DNA of 64,000 nucleotides, taken from Candidatus Velthaea sp. (lineage in GTDB: Bacteria > Vulcanimicrobiota > Vulcanimicrobiia > Vulcanimicrobiales > Vulcanimicrobiaceae). A program made the position numbers and the translations under genes. This document shows positions 9,255-18,985 of this stretch, one piece after another (positions within the stretch are counted from its first letter, which is position 1; each line of letters begins with the position of its first letter). The notes below the pieces were generated by a model. That model ran no database searches and was not told the DNA's origin. It saw only the letters and a list, made by a program, of their open reading frames with translations. The stretch covers positions 160,001-224,000 of the forward strand of contig CBDCCS010000021.1 of the NCBI GenBank assembly GCA_965214935.1, written 5' to 3'.

Positions 9255-9782
9255 ATGAGTGATTTCCGCGAACGGCTCGTCGTCCTAAGCCGGGATAATG
9301 AAGCTACTCGCAACTTCGCTGCGTTTCTCAGCGAACAAACAGCCGGCGACGCCCGCATACGGGTTCCGCTCCGGCTTCCCGTCAATGTTTTTAGCGACCG
9401 GCGCGCGCTCATCGAGCGGCGCGTCATCGCGACATTGTTATCGGTACGCTCGATCGACGATGCGTCGCCGGCCTATTCGGTGGCTTGGACATCGCAAGCA
9501 ACACAGCCGTTTCCGCACGTGACCGGCGCGCTCAATGTCGAAAAAAGCCCGCTGGACGACCGTATCGTGTTGCTGCTGAACGGCCACGTCGGGCCGCCAT
9601 CGGAGCAGCAATCCGAATCTGCCGGCGACGTAGATTCCATGCTGAACCTGCGCATTGCGCAAGCAGCCGCCCGCGATCTTTTACGCGCGATCGCAGAATT
9701 CATCGAGAATGCCGCCGCGCACAACGCCGCCGCTCGAGCGGGGCATTATCGCCGGTACCCCGCAACGACCGCCGTTCGCTAA
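9255..9782 (+). CDS. Hypothetical protein (possibly SRPBCC/START-like fold)
   Basis: Clean ORF with SD-like AAGGGA; W...FP...G.L...G..PP...IA pattern. Confidence 0.6.
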   Translation: MSDFRERLVVLSRDNEATRNFAAFLSEQTAGDARIRVPLRLPVNVFSDRRALIERRVIATLLSVRSIDDASPAYSVAWTSQATQPFPHVTGALNVEKSPLDDRIVLLLNGHVGPPSEQQSESAGDVDSMLNLRIAQAAARDLLRAIAEFIENAAAHNAAARAGHYRRYPATTAVR

Positions 9783-9796
9783 ACGGCGACCTCATT

Positions 9797-10963
9797 TTAC
9801 GCCGGTACGGCGTGTTCCATGAGGAAAACTTCAAGAGCCGCTTTCGCGCCCGTGCCGAGTTCGGCGATGTGACCGGCGTCGATGAGCGCGAGTTCGAGCG
9901 CACCGAGCATTCCGAGAATATCGGCTTGCGAAAGATCGCCCATCGTACCAATGCGAATGATCTTGCCCTTGAGTTCGGCTTGTCCGCCGCCGAGTGTAAT
10001 GCCGCGCTCCTCGCGCAACGTCCGGCGAACTGCGTCACCATCGATTCCGGCCGGGACGTTGACGGCGACGACGGTTACGGAGTGCGCGTCGGGGAGCGAA
10101 TAACTCTCGAGCCCTAACGCTCGACATGCGGCGCGAATAGCATGCGCGTATCGGCTATGGCGCGACCACACATTCGGCGGACCGTCGGCAAGATACCGGT
10201 CGAGTGCGGCGTCTAATGCGTATACGATCGATACGGGCGGCGTCCACGGAGTCTGACCGAGCTGCGCGAAATCGCGCGCCTTTTGCAGATCGAAATAAAA
10301 GCGCGGCGAGACGTTCTGAGCGATCTTCGTCCAGGCGCGCGGCGATACGGCAACCATTGCAAGCCCGGGCGGTGCCGCCAGAGCTTTTTGCGATGCCGTC
10401 ACGACAATGTCGAAGCCCCAGGCATCCATCAAGAATTCGCTTGCAGCAAGTCCGCTGACCGAATCGACAACGACGTACGCGCCATGCTCGCGTGTAATCT
10501 CCGCTAACGGCGCCATCGCGTTTTGCACGCCGGTCGACGTCTCGTTGTGCGTGAGCAGAATACCGCTGATCTTCTTCTCGGTGTCGGCCGCAAGGCGCTT
10601 GCGCAACGCCTCCGGGTCGACGCCGCTACCCCACGCCGTGTCGAGCACTTCAACCGTGCAGCCGAACGACTTGGCGATGCCGACGATCCGCTTTCCAAAG
10701 ACGCCGACCGGGCATGCCAGCAAGGTCTCACCGGGGCCGAACATATTCCCGACGGCGGCTTCTAAGCCGCCCGTCCCCGAAGCGCCGAGAACGAGAATGT
10801 CGCCGGCGGTCGTACCGAACACCGGTTTGAGCCGAGCCGAGATGCCGTCGATGAGGTCGCGGAACCGCGGACCGCGGTGATCGATCATCGGCTGCCCGGT
10901 TGCCGCCAACACCGGTTCGGCAACCGTGACGGGTCCGGGGATGAACAACAGCTCTTTGGGCAC
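9797..10963 (-). CDS. Class V PLP-dependent aminotransferase (alanine-glyoxylate/serine-pyruvate type)
   Basis: LFIPGP, IDHRG, SGTGGLEAA, HNETSTG, VDSVS, ASQKAL (PLP Lys), RIGTMG. Confidence 0.93.
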   Translation of the reverse strand: MPKELLFIPGPVTVAEPVLAATGQPMIDHRGPRFRDLIDGISARLKPVFGTTAGDILVLGASGTGGLEAAVGNMFGPGETLLACPVGVFGKRIVGIAKSFGCTVEVLDTAWGSGVDPEALRKRLAADTEKKISGILLTHNETSTGVQNAMAPLAEITREHGAYVVVDSVSGLAASEFLMDAWGFDIVVTASQKALAAPPGLAMVAVSPRAWTKIAQNVSPRFYFDLQKARDFAQLGQTPWTPPVSIVYALDAALDRYLADGPPNVWSRHSRYAHAIRAACRALGLESYSLPDAHSVTVVAVNVPAGIDGDAVRRTLREERGITLGGGQAELKGKIIRIGTMGDLSQADILGMLGALELALIDAGHIAELGTGAKAALEVFLMEHAVPA

Positions 10964-11093
10964 GCGCGTAGTACTCCGAACGTTGGGGATGCACGGGCTG
11001 AATTAGCGATTTTTCATTCCGAGTCCCCCGCTCGGCAGCGCACGCGATCGACGCTACGAACACGATGCGATCGAGTAATCGAGACGGTCGGGA

Positions 11094-11134
11094 GATCGAG
11101 ACGATCGAGACGATCGAGACGATCGAGACGATCG
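11094..11134. repeat. 9-bp tandem repeat (GATCGAGAC) x4.5
   Basis: Exact units at 11094, 11103, 11112 and 11121 plus a partial GATCG; degenerate copy near 11077-11090. Confidence 0.9.
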
Positions 11135-11469
11135 TGGAAACGTCGGGTCTAGGGCTCACTGCACGTTTCCGACTGTTTACATCTTCGGTCGTGCTTGCCA
11201 CGCAGGCGTAAGCGCGCACGACATTGATGAAATGCCGCGCCGCAACACACGCGTCGCCTGCTTCGCATTGTAGCCGCGCAAATGCGCAGCCTAATCATTC
11301 GATTATTGTCGGCCCGAAAACGTACGCGTCGACGGCGTTTGTGTCGTAGCGCGCAATGCGAGACACGGATTGTCACCCCAAATTGCTATCGTTGATTAAA
11401 CTATGGCCGCAACGACCGCTTCGTAGCAGAATGAAGTCGGCGATCGAGTCGCTGAAACGGGAGCAGTAC

Positions 11470-12165
11470 ATGAAGATTGGAATCATTGGTTCGGGCAATA
11501 TCGGCGGCGCGCTGACACGCCGGTTTCGTTCGGCCGGCCACGATGTCAGCGTATCGAACTCGCGTGGTCCGGCGTCGCTGACCGACCTTGCGCGCGAGAC
11601 CGGTGCGAAGGCAGTTTCGGTCGAAGATGCCGCGCGCGGTAACGCTGTCGTCGTCGTTGCAATTCCCTTGCAGCAGGTTGCCGATTTGTCGCCAAGCCTA
11701 TTCGCCGGGGTCTCGGCGAATACGATCGTCGTCGATACGAGCAATTATTATCCGCGCGAACGTGATAGACGGATAGACGACATCGAAGCGGGTTTGACGG
11801 AAAGCGGATGGGTGGAACAGCGGCTCGGCCATCCCGTCGTCAAGGCGTTCAATACAATTTTTGCACAACATCTCTTGGAGAATGGTCAGCCGGCCGCAAC
11901 CGCCGGTCGTATCGCCCTTGCCGTGGCCGGCGATAACTCGACGGCAAAGACGACCGTCATGCGGCTCATCGACGAGATCGGCTTCGACGCTCTCGATGCG
12001 GGAACCATTGCGGATTCGTGGCGGCAACAGCCCGGCTCACCCGGCTATTGCAAAGACTTCGACCTTGCCGGTGTTCGACGTTCGCTAAGCGATGCGCAAC
12101 ACGAACGTACCAACCAATGGCGCGCAACCGCAAATAGTCCCGGCACGTACGAGCAGCCGGCGTGA
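11470..12165 (+). CDS. NAD(P)-binding oxidoreductase, NADPH-dependent F420 reductase family
   Basis: MKIGIIGSGNIG, NSRGP, VDTSNYYP, VVKAFN, QQPGSP. Confidence 0.88.
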   Translation: MKIGIIGSGNIGGALTRRFRSAGHDVSVSNSRGPASLTDLARETGAKAVSVEDAARGNAVVVVAIPLQQVADLSPSLFAGVSANTIVVDTSNYYPRERDRRIDDIEAGLTESGWVEQRLGHPVVKAFNTIFAQHLLENGQPAATAGRIALAVAGDNSTAKTTVMRLIDEIGFDALDAGTIADSWRQQPGSPGYCKDFDLAGVRRSLSDAQHERTNQWRATANSPGTYEQPA

Positions 12166-12647
12166 TGGGAAAAGCGGTAACCGTCTGACCCGATCGTTTC
12201 GCCGCCTTGCGCGGCAATGCGCTAGGATACAAAACGCAGCACGAAAACACGGGCGGATCTTTACTATCTGACACGTACGGGATGCGGTCGCCGCGAGTTG
12301 TACCGTTCAGCACAACGGGCTCGTAGCGATTGCCGGACGATCGGGCCGATGTTACAAGAACATTGGCCCCGGTCATCAACCTTCCGTCAAGGCCGTCGAT
12401 CGGATTGATTAACTGACGTTCATCCGCGTAAAGGGCGCCGAATATACGTCTCGATGCATATGCGGTCTGCGTCAAGTCACTTGCGTGCGCAGTTCGCACG
12501 GATTTCATCCGGGTTGCGGATCGCTCGCGTCGGAGGTTTTGCATGGTGACGCCGCGTGCACGGTAAAGTGAAACGTTTCGCGGACGCAATGTATGCGAGG
12601 TGAAAGTGCTCGACAGCTAGGATGCCGTTCCGGCCGTTTCGTATCGG

Positions 12648-13109
12648 TTGACCGACGAAGATCTCAAACCGCTCATAGCGCTGCGTGCGAGTTCGGCTGC
12701 ACTCATGTGGCCTTTGTTCATCGCGGTGGGGATCGTTCAAGTCATCTGCGGGGCGGTCAGCGTGCAATGCTACGGCATCACCTTGTTGGCGGGCGCGCAG
12801 ATTGCAATCGGCGTGGTATGCGGCCTTCAAAGCTCGTTCGTCGGCAATCCGAGACTGTTTGGTTCGATTGTCGTCCCGAGTGTTTATTCCGATCGCGGTA
12901 TGATGGTCTGGCGCTTTCTCGAAGATCGCCTGATCGCCAAGCGTGCGCTCCGACGCCGCGCGGAATTGCGTACGATCGTGAATACGCGTTTACGACAGTA
13001 CCTGCGCGAGCTACATTGCACGCACCTCACGCCGGCGTGTGTACGAGCGGGCGCGCTGATTAGAGCGCTGCCTCCGGAGCGTCGGACGGCAAATCGTCAA
13101 CGGCAATGA
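12648..13109 (+). CDS. Possible hypothetical membrane protein
   Basis: Two hydrophobic segments, but a TTG start, no clear SD and a 50-bp tail-to-tail overlap. Confidence 0.3.
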   Translation: MTDEDLKPLIALRASSAALMWPLFIAVGIVQVICGAVSVQCYGITLLAGAQIAIGVVCGLQSSFVGNPRLFGSIVVPSVYSDRGMMVWRFLEDRLIAKRALRRRAELRTIVNTRLRQYLRELHCTHLTPACVRAGALIRALPPERRTANRQRQ

Positions 13110-13560
13110 GTCGTTCGACGACGTATGCGGTGACGAGCCCGTACAACGAACGCGGTAAGATGTCGGCAGCCCAATCCGCCGCAGACCACTTCGACCAATC
13201 CGTCGCACCGAGCGCCGTTGCGGAGCCCTCGCTGACAACGAGCGTTACGCCGCCGAGAATGAGGCCGGCGAGCGGCCAAGGTAACCAATCACGGAACGGC
13301 GGGCGTACTGCAGCATACACGAAGCCGGCGCCGAGCCCGACGCCGTAACCGAGCAGGGCGCCGGCGCCGCTGCGCCGGTTCTTCGGCTCAGCGCCTTCAG
13401 CGGATGCGAGTGCCGCTATGCCTAGGCGCTGCGCGAGACGTTGCGTGACGTCCGAGGGCAGCACGCTCGCCGGCCGCGCACGTACCAGCATGTCGGCATA
13501 CGTAAACACGTCGAGCGCGATCGTACCGGCTGCCCCGGCAAGAAGACCCTTAGCAATCAT
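13060..13560 (-). CDS. Hypothetical membrane protein
   Basis: GLLAGAAGT...TY.DM..R.RPAS, several TM segments, DW..W...DW..D..P. Confidence 0.7.
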   Translation of the reverse strand: MIAKGLLAGAAGTIALDVFTYADMLVRARPASVLPSDVTQRLAQRLGIAALASAEGAEPKNRRSGAGALLGYGVGLGAGFVYAAVRPPFRDWLPWPLAGLILGGVTLVVSEGSATALGATDWSKWSAADWAADILPRSLYGLVTAYVVERLIAVDDLPSDAPEAAL

Positions 13561-13880
13561 GACAATCCGTTACCCCGCTCGCCCGATTGCAACCCGCATC
13601 GTCCGTGGTTGCAAAGCGCCGTCATACACATCGCTTTTAGAACGCAGCGCAGCCGTCGTTAAGCAAGTCGCGTCCGGATCGAATGCAGCCGTCAAACCAG
13701 CGTTGTTTCGCGACGGCTGTTCATTGTTTCCGAGGAAGGCGGGCCCGGTCTCGATCCGCTAGATACGCCATGCGCGTGTAGAGGAGCGCGAGCGTCGCTA
13801 ACGGCGATTTCGCAGCGCTGATGCACATAAAAGCGACGGGCGCTCAGCGTACCCGTCGCTTGGAAGTCGCGTAGCGTGTA

Positions 13881-15047
13881 TTAGAAGGCGGCGATGCCGT
13901 TGGGGCTGCCTAAGCCGGTCGACTCGCTGTAACCTCCGCCGATCGGAAATAGCGCGCTGCGGTTTGCGTAAAGTGACGACGCTCCGTTCATCTGAGCGCC
14001 GTTTCCGGCGAGCGCATAGACTCCGGCTACGATCGGCGTCGCAACGCTCGACCCGCCCATGAGAATCCAACCCGAATCTTGATAGCTGTCGAATACGGCG
14101 ACGGGTGTCGCCGGATCGCCGACGGCAACGATGTCGGCGATCGTTCGCTGCGAGCACAGCGTATCGGTTTGCCAGGCTGGTTTCGGCGCAATGGTGCTGC
14201 AACCGCTCCCGCTACCGGCCCACGCCGTTTCGGTCCAGCCGCGCGCCGTCGTTGCGTCTTTCACTAAGTGGGTCGCGCCGACTGCAACGACGTTGGGGGC
14301 GGCGGCCGGCCAGTTGACGATACCGGCTCCCTGATCGCCGGCGGCGGCGACGATCGCCGCCGTGCCTTGCGGCCACTTCGCCGGTCCCTCGAGCGAAGAT
14401 TCCGGGACGACGTAGCTGTTGCTTACAACATCTGCATTGCTGACGGCGAAGGCCATGGCTTTCTCGAGATCTTTATCCGAGTCGCTTTTCGCCTCGACGA
14501 CGAGCAGCTTGCAATTCGGGCAAGCAGCGGAAGCCATGTCGACATCGATCGACATCTCACGCGACCAGTTCGGATCTGCCGGGACTTTCTTGAGCGCATT
14601 GATGGTCAAACAACCGTTTGCGCTCGTGCACGGCGGGAGACCGAACGTCGAGCGATAGACGCCAAGGTCGGCTTCGACATTGGGATCGTCGAAGGGAACG
14701 ACGATGGCGATCGTCTGGCCCATCCCCGCCGTGCCTGTGGGTAACGCGTAAGCAGCCTGCAAATCGGCCGGATGAAAGCCCGGCACGAATTGAGCCGGCG
14801 TCGTTGCCCCGTACGTCGCTGAAGCAAGCCGAATGTTCGAGCAATTGCCGACGCCGGCAACCGAGCCGCTCCACGCGCAATCAGCGGCAAATGCACGCAG
14901 GCTCTGCGCCGTGCGTCCGACACTTTGACTTGTTCCGACCGGGCTCGCTGTTGGTACGGACGATGCGGTCGTACCGCCGCTGCATGCCGGGAGCACGAGC
15001 GCGATTGCCACGACGCTAAAGATCAGGCTCTTTGGGACCATATACAT
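13881..15047 (-). CDS. Lipoprotein S53 (sedolisin-like)/S8 serine peptidase
   Basis: Lipobox LPAC, DLQAAY, EMSIDVD (Glu/Asp), SNSY, AAAGDQG, GGSSVATP (catalytic Ser), TGLGSP. Confidence 0.85.
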   Translation of the reverse strand: MYMVPKSLIFSVVAIALVLPACSGGTTASSVPTASPVGTSQSVGRTAQSLRAFAADCAWSGSVAGVGNCSNIRLASATYGATTPAQFVPGFHPADLQAAYALPTGTAGMGQTIAIVVPFDDPNVEADLGVYRSTFGLPPCTSANGCLTINALKKVPADPNWSREMSIDVDMASAACPNCKLLVVEAKSDSDKDLEKAMAFAVSNADVVSNSYVVPESSLEGPAKWPQGTAAIVAAAGDQGAGIVNWPAAAPNVVAVGATHLVKDATTARGWTETAWAGSGSGCSTIAPKPAWQTDTLCSQRTIADIVAVGDPATPVAVFDSYQDSGWILMGGSSVATPIVAGVYALAGNGAQMNGASSLYANRSALFPIGGGYSESTGLGSPNGIAAF

Positions 15048-15119
15048 TCTCCAAGGACCAAGGAGCGAGTCCTTGGTTAGTTTGCTTACCTTGGATGTAT
15101 CGGCGTCGCGACTGTAAAG

Positions 15120-18100
15120 TTAACGTTCCGCCGGCGTCGTATCTCTGCTCGGTGCTGCGGCGTCGCTGACACGGCCGAGCACGATGCGAACCATTGCCTC
15201 GACGACTTCCGGGTCGAATTGCGTGCCGCAATGACGCTCGAGTTCGCCGAGCGCATCCGTCGGCGCCATCGGCAAACGGTACGGGCGGCGGCCGATCATC
15301 GCATTGAACGAGTCGGCCACCGAGACGATACGGGCCGCGAGCGGGATCGCGCGACCTCGCAGCCCATCGGGATAGCCTTCGCCGTCCAGACGTTCGTGAT
15401 GGCCGCGCACGATCGGCGTAAACACGCGCAGTTGCGGAACCCGCTCGACGATTCGGCCGCCTTCTGCAGCGTGGTCACGCATGATCGCCCATTCTTGGGC
15501 GCTGAGTTGACGTGGTGCCAGCAAGATTTCGGGCGGCGTCCGCATTTTCCCGATGTCGTGAATGAGGCCGGCGCGGGTGACGAACTCGTTTTCGGCCTCA
15601 GTCAGACCGAGCACGCGCGCGAGTCTCGAACACCACGCCGACACGGCACGTGAGTGCTCGGCCATGAGCGGTGCAGCAACGTCGAGACTCTCAAAAATTT
15701 GGTCGATGGACGCATCGATGTCGTCGACGACACTAATGCACACCGCTGCTCGCGGACGATAAGCCGCCAGTTGCTTGCGCACGCGGCGAATCGGTCCTTG
15801 CATTCGATTATCGAGGTCGTTGCGAGCTGCGGTCCAACGTTCAAACCGTTCGCTCATCGACACTCCGTCGGAGAAGGCCGAAACGCGCAGTGTATCGAGC
15901 CAAGCGCACAGCGCAACCGCATCGTCGGACGCGACCGCAGCCGAGAAATGCCGATCGAATTCGTCCCCGGCACGGGCGCGATAGAGCGTATCCTTTTCAC
16001 CGTTGCAACCGCCGAGGGACAGCGGCAGCATCTCGATGAGCCGCGCCATACCGCCGAACGAAACGTCGTGCAGCGTCGCGATGGCGCTCGATACGCGTCG
16101 GATGTACCACTGCGCATTGGTCGATCCGGCGCTTAATGCTTCGACGACGTCGCGTAAGGCGCACAGCCGCGGAGCGTTGTTGAGTGCCTCGTTCGAAGCG
16201 CAATTCGTCCATTTGCGCGTCTCGGCGATGTTGCCGTTGACGATTGAGGCTAAGGCAAGCGTGAGTACCGTCAGACCGAAATGCGTGGTCACATCGCGCT
16301 CGCTCAAAGCGTCTTGCGCCGCACGGTAAGCATCATCGGCGCGCTCGGCGTCGCCGGCGGCGAAACAATACAGCGCGACCTGCGCCCAGCATAATGCTCT
16401 GCGCGCCGGCGTTGCTTGGCGCTCGGCGATCGGCCGCAACAGCCGTTGAGCGGCCGCAAAATCACCGTTCCAGCCGGCTTGCAATGCCTTTGCCGGTAAC
16501 AGCGCCTCCATGATCTGGGCGGTCGCATAATGCTTGTCCACGGCCGAGAGATCGCGCTCGAGTTCGAGCAACGCCGCTTCGTCGCCGGCTTCGGCCTGCA
16601 GCTCATACATTCCGATCAGCGCGTACAAGTCGAGCCGCAGCGTTCCCGACTTTGCGCCGAGGTCGCGGACCCGACGCAGATAGTCAAGACTCGCGGTCGC
16701 GTCATCGTCGATGTCGTGACTGATACTGTACAGCACGGAATACGTTGAGGCAGCCACGTCGTACAGCGATTGCTCGACGGCAAGCGGTGCGGCGATTAAC
16801 GCGCGCTCCCGCGCCAGTTCAATCGCGCCGCTTTCGTTTGCGACGTAGGCTGCGCGCGCAATCACGCGCGCGCGCAGCGCCGGCGGGAGATCCGGTTCGA
16901 GCAACGCTAAGGCCCGATCCGTTCGCATGGCGGCTTCATCGAGGCGACCGGCGGCCGTGAGCGCTTGCGCGAACGACGACTGAACGTCGATGGCAATGGC
17001 GCGCGACAGTGTCGATGAGTCGGCAAAAGCCTCGAGCACGTTGCCCGAGTCTTCGCGCCGTTGCAGTGAGAGTTCGCGGGCGTAATACATCGCGATGCCG
17101 ACGCGTGTTGTCTCATCCGGAGCTTTTTCCAGCGCGAGGCGAAACCAGGCTTCGGCGGTATCGAGGCGTCCCGAACGTGCTTCAAGATAGCCGCGTAGCG
17201 CTAGCGCGCTTGCGCCCAGCGACCGGTCGGGCCGATCGAACGCCTCCAACGCCTCGCTGATGACGTCGACTTTACCTGATTCCAGGATCTCGAAGCCGCG
17301 CGTCTCAAGCAATTCGCCGATGGCGACGATCAGTTGTTGTCGCGTCGCCAGTTCGAGCGCAGCGGCGTAGCGCCCGAACGCCGTGAGTGCTACAACGGCC
17401 TGACGCGCGAGGGCGGATCGATAGTCGGGTTCGCGCGATGCGAGTGCACGCCCGAGATAATCGCAGAATCGATCGTGAAAGCGAAATCCGCCGTGCGAAT
17501 CGCGTTCCCACATGAACGCCGCATCCTCGGTCAACGCCGATCGGAGCTCGCTCGAGTCAGGCCAGCCGGACCGCGCCAGCAAATCGTCATCGACGCTCGG
17601 AAAGAGTGAAGCGGTCAGAAGGAACGCCCGCTCCCGATCGGTGCGGCGGCCGAAGATCTGCTGCGCAATGCCTTCGAACGATGCGGGCATAAGCTGCCTC
17701 GAGAAGGCGGTCGAATCGCGGCGCAAGCAGTTCAAAACGTACGCGACGGCACTCGCCGATCCGCCGGTTGCCGCGAGCACCGAATCAATGCCGGCGGAAT
17801 CGAGCGCAACATCAAGGTCGTCAGCTGCATCGAGCAGTTCAGCTCGGTTAAAATTCAGTTCGGCTTCGTCGATCGGGCGTTCCATGCGCCGCGTCGCCAT
17901 CCACAGCGCAACCGGCAGCGCGCCGACGCTGCGCACGGCAATCGTCAGCCGCGCTTTCGGCCGTAACTGCGCAACCGTTGCGATGAACGATGCAATGCCG
18001 GGCTCCGCCGGATCGTGCAGATCGTCGATGACGATCTGCCGGTCGATTCCCTCGAGATGCTCGCAGAACCAACGGGCAAGTGCGGTGCTTGCCGAGTGCG

Positions 18101-18419
18101 ACTGTAAGGCGCGCTCCCAGGCGCGCGGGAACGATGCCTGCGCCCCCGGCGCAACAAAGGCGATCGCTTGTGCGATGCCATACACGAATCGCGCAAACGT
18201 CAGCTGCTCGTTTCCGACGCGGAAATAAATGGCTTGCGCATCGTCGAGGGCGGCTTTGATCGCGACGCTCTTGCCGCAGCCCGCGGGGCCGGCGAGCACC
18301 GTAATGGGCATTTCCGACAACGCGTTCAATCGGCTTGTTAAGCGTGGCCGATCGATGCATGGGATCCAAACGTCGGCCGCAGGCCGTTTGTCGAGCAGCA
18401 CAATGCCTTTAGCGTTCAT
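15120..18419 (-). CDS. MalT-like STAND NTPase + TPR-like helical region + C-terminal HD-GYP phosphodiesterase
   Basis: RPRL..RL, Walker A GPAGCGKS, Walker B IVIDDLH, ATGG motif, FRFH. C-terminus: EHS, HDIGK, HHERLDGEGYP, ADSFNAM, RPYR, GTQFDP. Confidence 0.85.
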   Translation of the reverse strand: MNAKGIVLLDKRPAADVWIPCIDRPRLTSRLNALSEMPITVLAGPAGCGKSVAIKAALDDAQAIYFRVGNEQLTFARFVYGIAQAIAFVAPGAQASFPRAWERALQSHSASTALARWFCEHLEGIDRQIVIDDLHDPAEPGIASFIATVAQLRPKARLTIAVRSVGALPVALWMATRRMERPIDEAELNFNRAELLDAADDLDVALDSAGIDSVLAATGGSASAVAYVLNCLRRDSTAFSRQLMPASFEGIAQQIFGRRTDRERAFLLTASLFPSVDDDLLARSGWPDSSELRSALTEDAAFMWERDSHGGFRFHDRFCDYLGRALASREPDYRSALARQAVVALTAFGRYAAALELATRQQLIVAIGELLETRGFEILESGKVDVISEALEAFDRPDRSLGASALALRGYLEARSGRLDTAEAWFRLALEKAPDETTRVGIAMYYARELSLQRREDSGNVLEAFADSSTLSRAIAIDVQSSFAQALTAAGRLDEAAMRTDRALALLEPDLPPALRARVIARAAYVANESGAIELARERALIAAPLAVEQSLYDVAASTYSVLYSISHDIDDDATASLDYLRRVRDLGAKSGTLRLDLYALIGMYELQAEAGDEAALLELERDLSAVDKHYATAQIMEALLPAKALQAGWNGDFAAAQRLLRPIAERQATPARRALCWAQVALYCFAAGDAERADDAYRAAQDALSERDVTTHFGLTVLTLALASIVNGNIAETRKWTNCASNEALNNAPRLCALRDVVEALSAGSTNAQWYIRRVSSAIATLHDVSFGGMARLIEMLPLSLGGCNGEKDTLYRARAGDEFDRHFSAAVASDDAVALCAWLDTLRVSAFSDGVSMSERFERWTAARNDLDNRMQGPIRRVRKQLAAYRPRAAVCISVVDDIDASIDQIFESLDVAAPLMAEHSRAVSAWCSRLARVLGLTEAENEFVTRAGLIHDIGKMRTPPEILLAPRQLSAQEWAIMRDHAAEGGRIVERVPQLRVFTPIVRGHHERLDGEGYPDGLRGRAIPLAARIVSVADSFNAMIGRRPYRLPMAPTDALGELERHCGTQFDPEVVEAMVRIVLGRVSDAAAPSRDTTPAER

Positions 18420-18564
18420 GGCAACCGCGTCTCTTGAACCGGAAGCGATGTCGAGGACGATGCTGTTCTATCGGCCGATCGGCTCGCGAACAACAGCGCG
18501 CGGCATTACCGGCTTGAAACGTCCGTTATGTGTTCGAACGTATGGTGCCGTTCGCAGACGGCAA

Positions 18565-18885
18565 CTAATTGAGCGGCGTCAGACTGACGAACATGCGCTG
18601 CAGATCCGTCACGTTGGCCGGCGTTTCGTACCAGCAGCAAGCCTCGAACTCTTGCCACATCGTTTGAACGGCCGGATGTTCGTGAGCGCTCGCGATCGCT
18701 TCTTCCGAGATCCACTCGAAGATTTCTACGAGCGTACCGTCAGCGCTCTGCGCTACGATCGGCGCGCGGCTCGTGACGAGACCGATCGAGCGCAGACGCT
18801 CGACATGCGTCGCCAACAATCGCGCTAAGTCGGCTTCCTTCCCCGGACGTGGCTTATATGCCGCAATAACGATGCTGCCGTTCAT
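18565..18885 (-). CDS. Small hypothetical protein, ABM/dimeric alpha-beta barrel-like
   Basis: YKPRPGKE...L..H, EIFEWIS, AHEHPAVQ.MW. Confidence 0.65.
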   Translation of the reverse strand: MNGSIVIAAYKPRPGKEADLARLLATHVERLRSIGLVTSRAPIVAQSADGTLVEIFEWISEEAIASAHEHPAVQTMWQEFEACCWYETPANVTDLQRMFVSLTPLN

Positions 18886-18926
18886 CGCGGCGCCCTTCGC
18901 AGCGGCCATAAGATGCTCCCGTGGCG

Positions 18927-18958
18927 CAAACTAAAACTGCGTCGCTCGCGACGCAGTT
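18927..18958 (-). terminator. Rho-independent terminator after lon
   Basis: Minus strand reads AACTGCGTCG-CGAG-CGACGCAGTT followed by TTAGTTT. Confidence 0.75.
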
Positions 18959-18985
18959 CTGTTCATCTTCGGCCGATGGGTGGGC

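Noticed and set aside
11077..11134. CRISPR array
   Set aside because: 9-bp contiguous units with no spacers and no cas genes.
11470..12165. F420 metabolism inferred from the F420-reductase-family and CofE-like genes
   Set aside because: The genes are 42 kb apart, both families occur in organisms without F420, and no cof/fbi genes are in the window.
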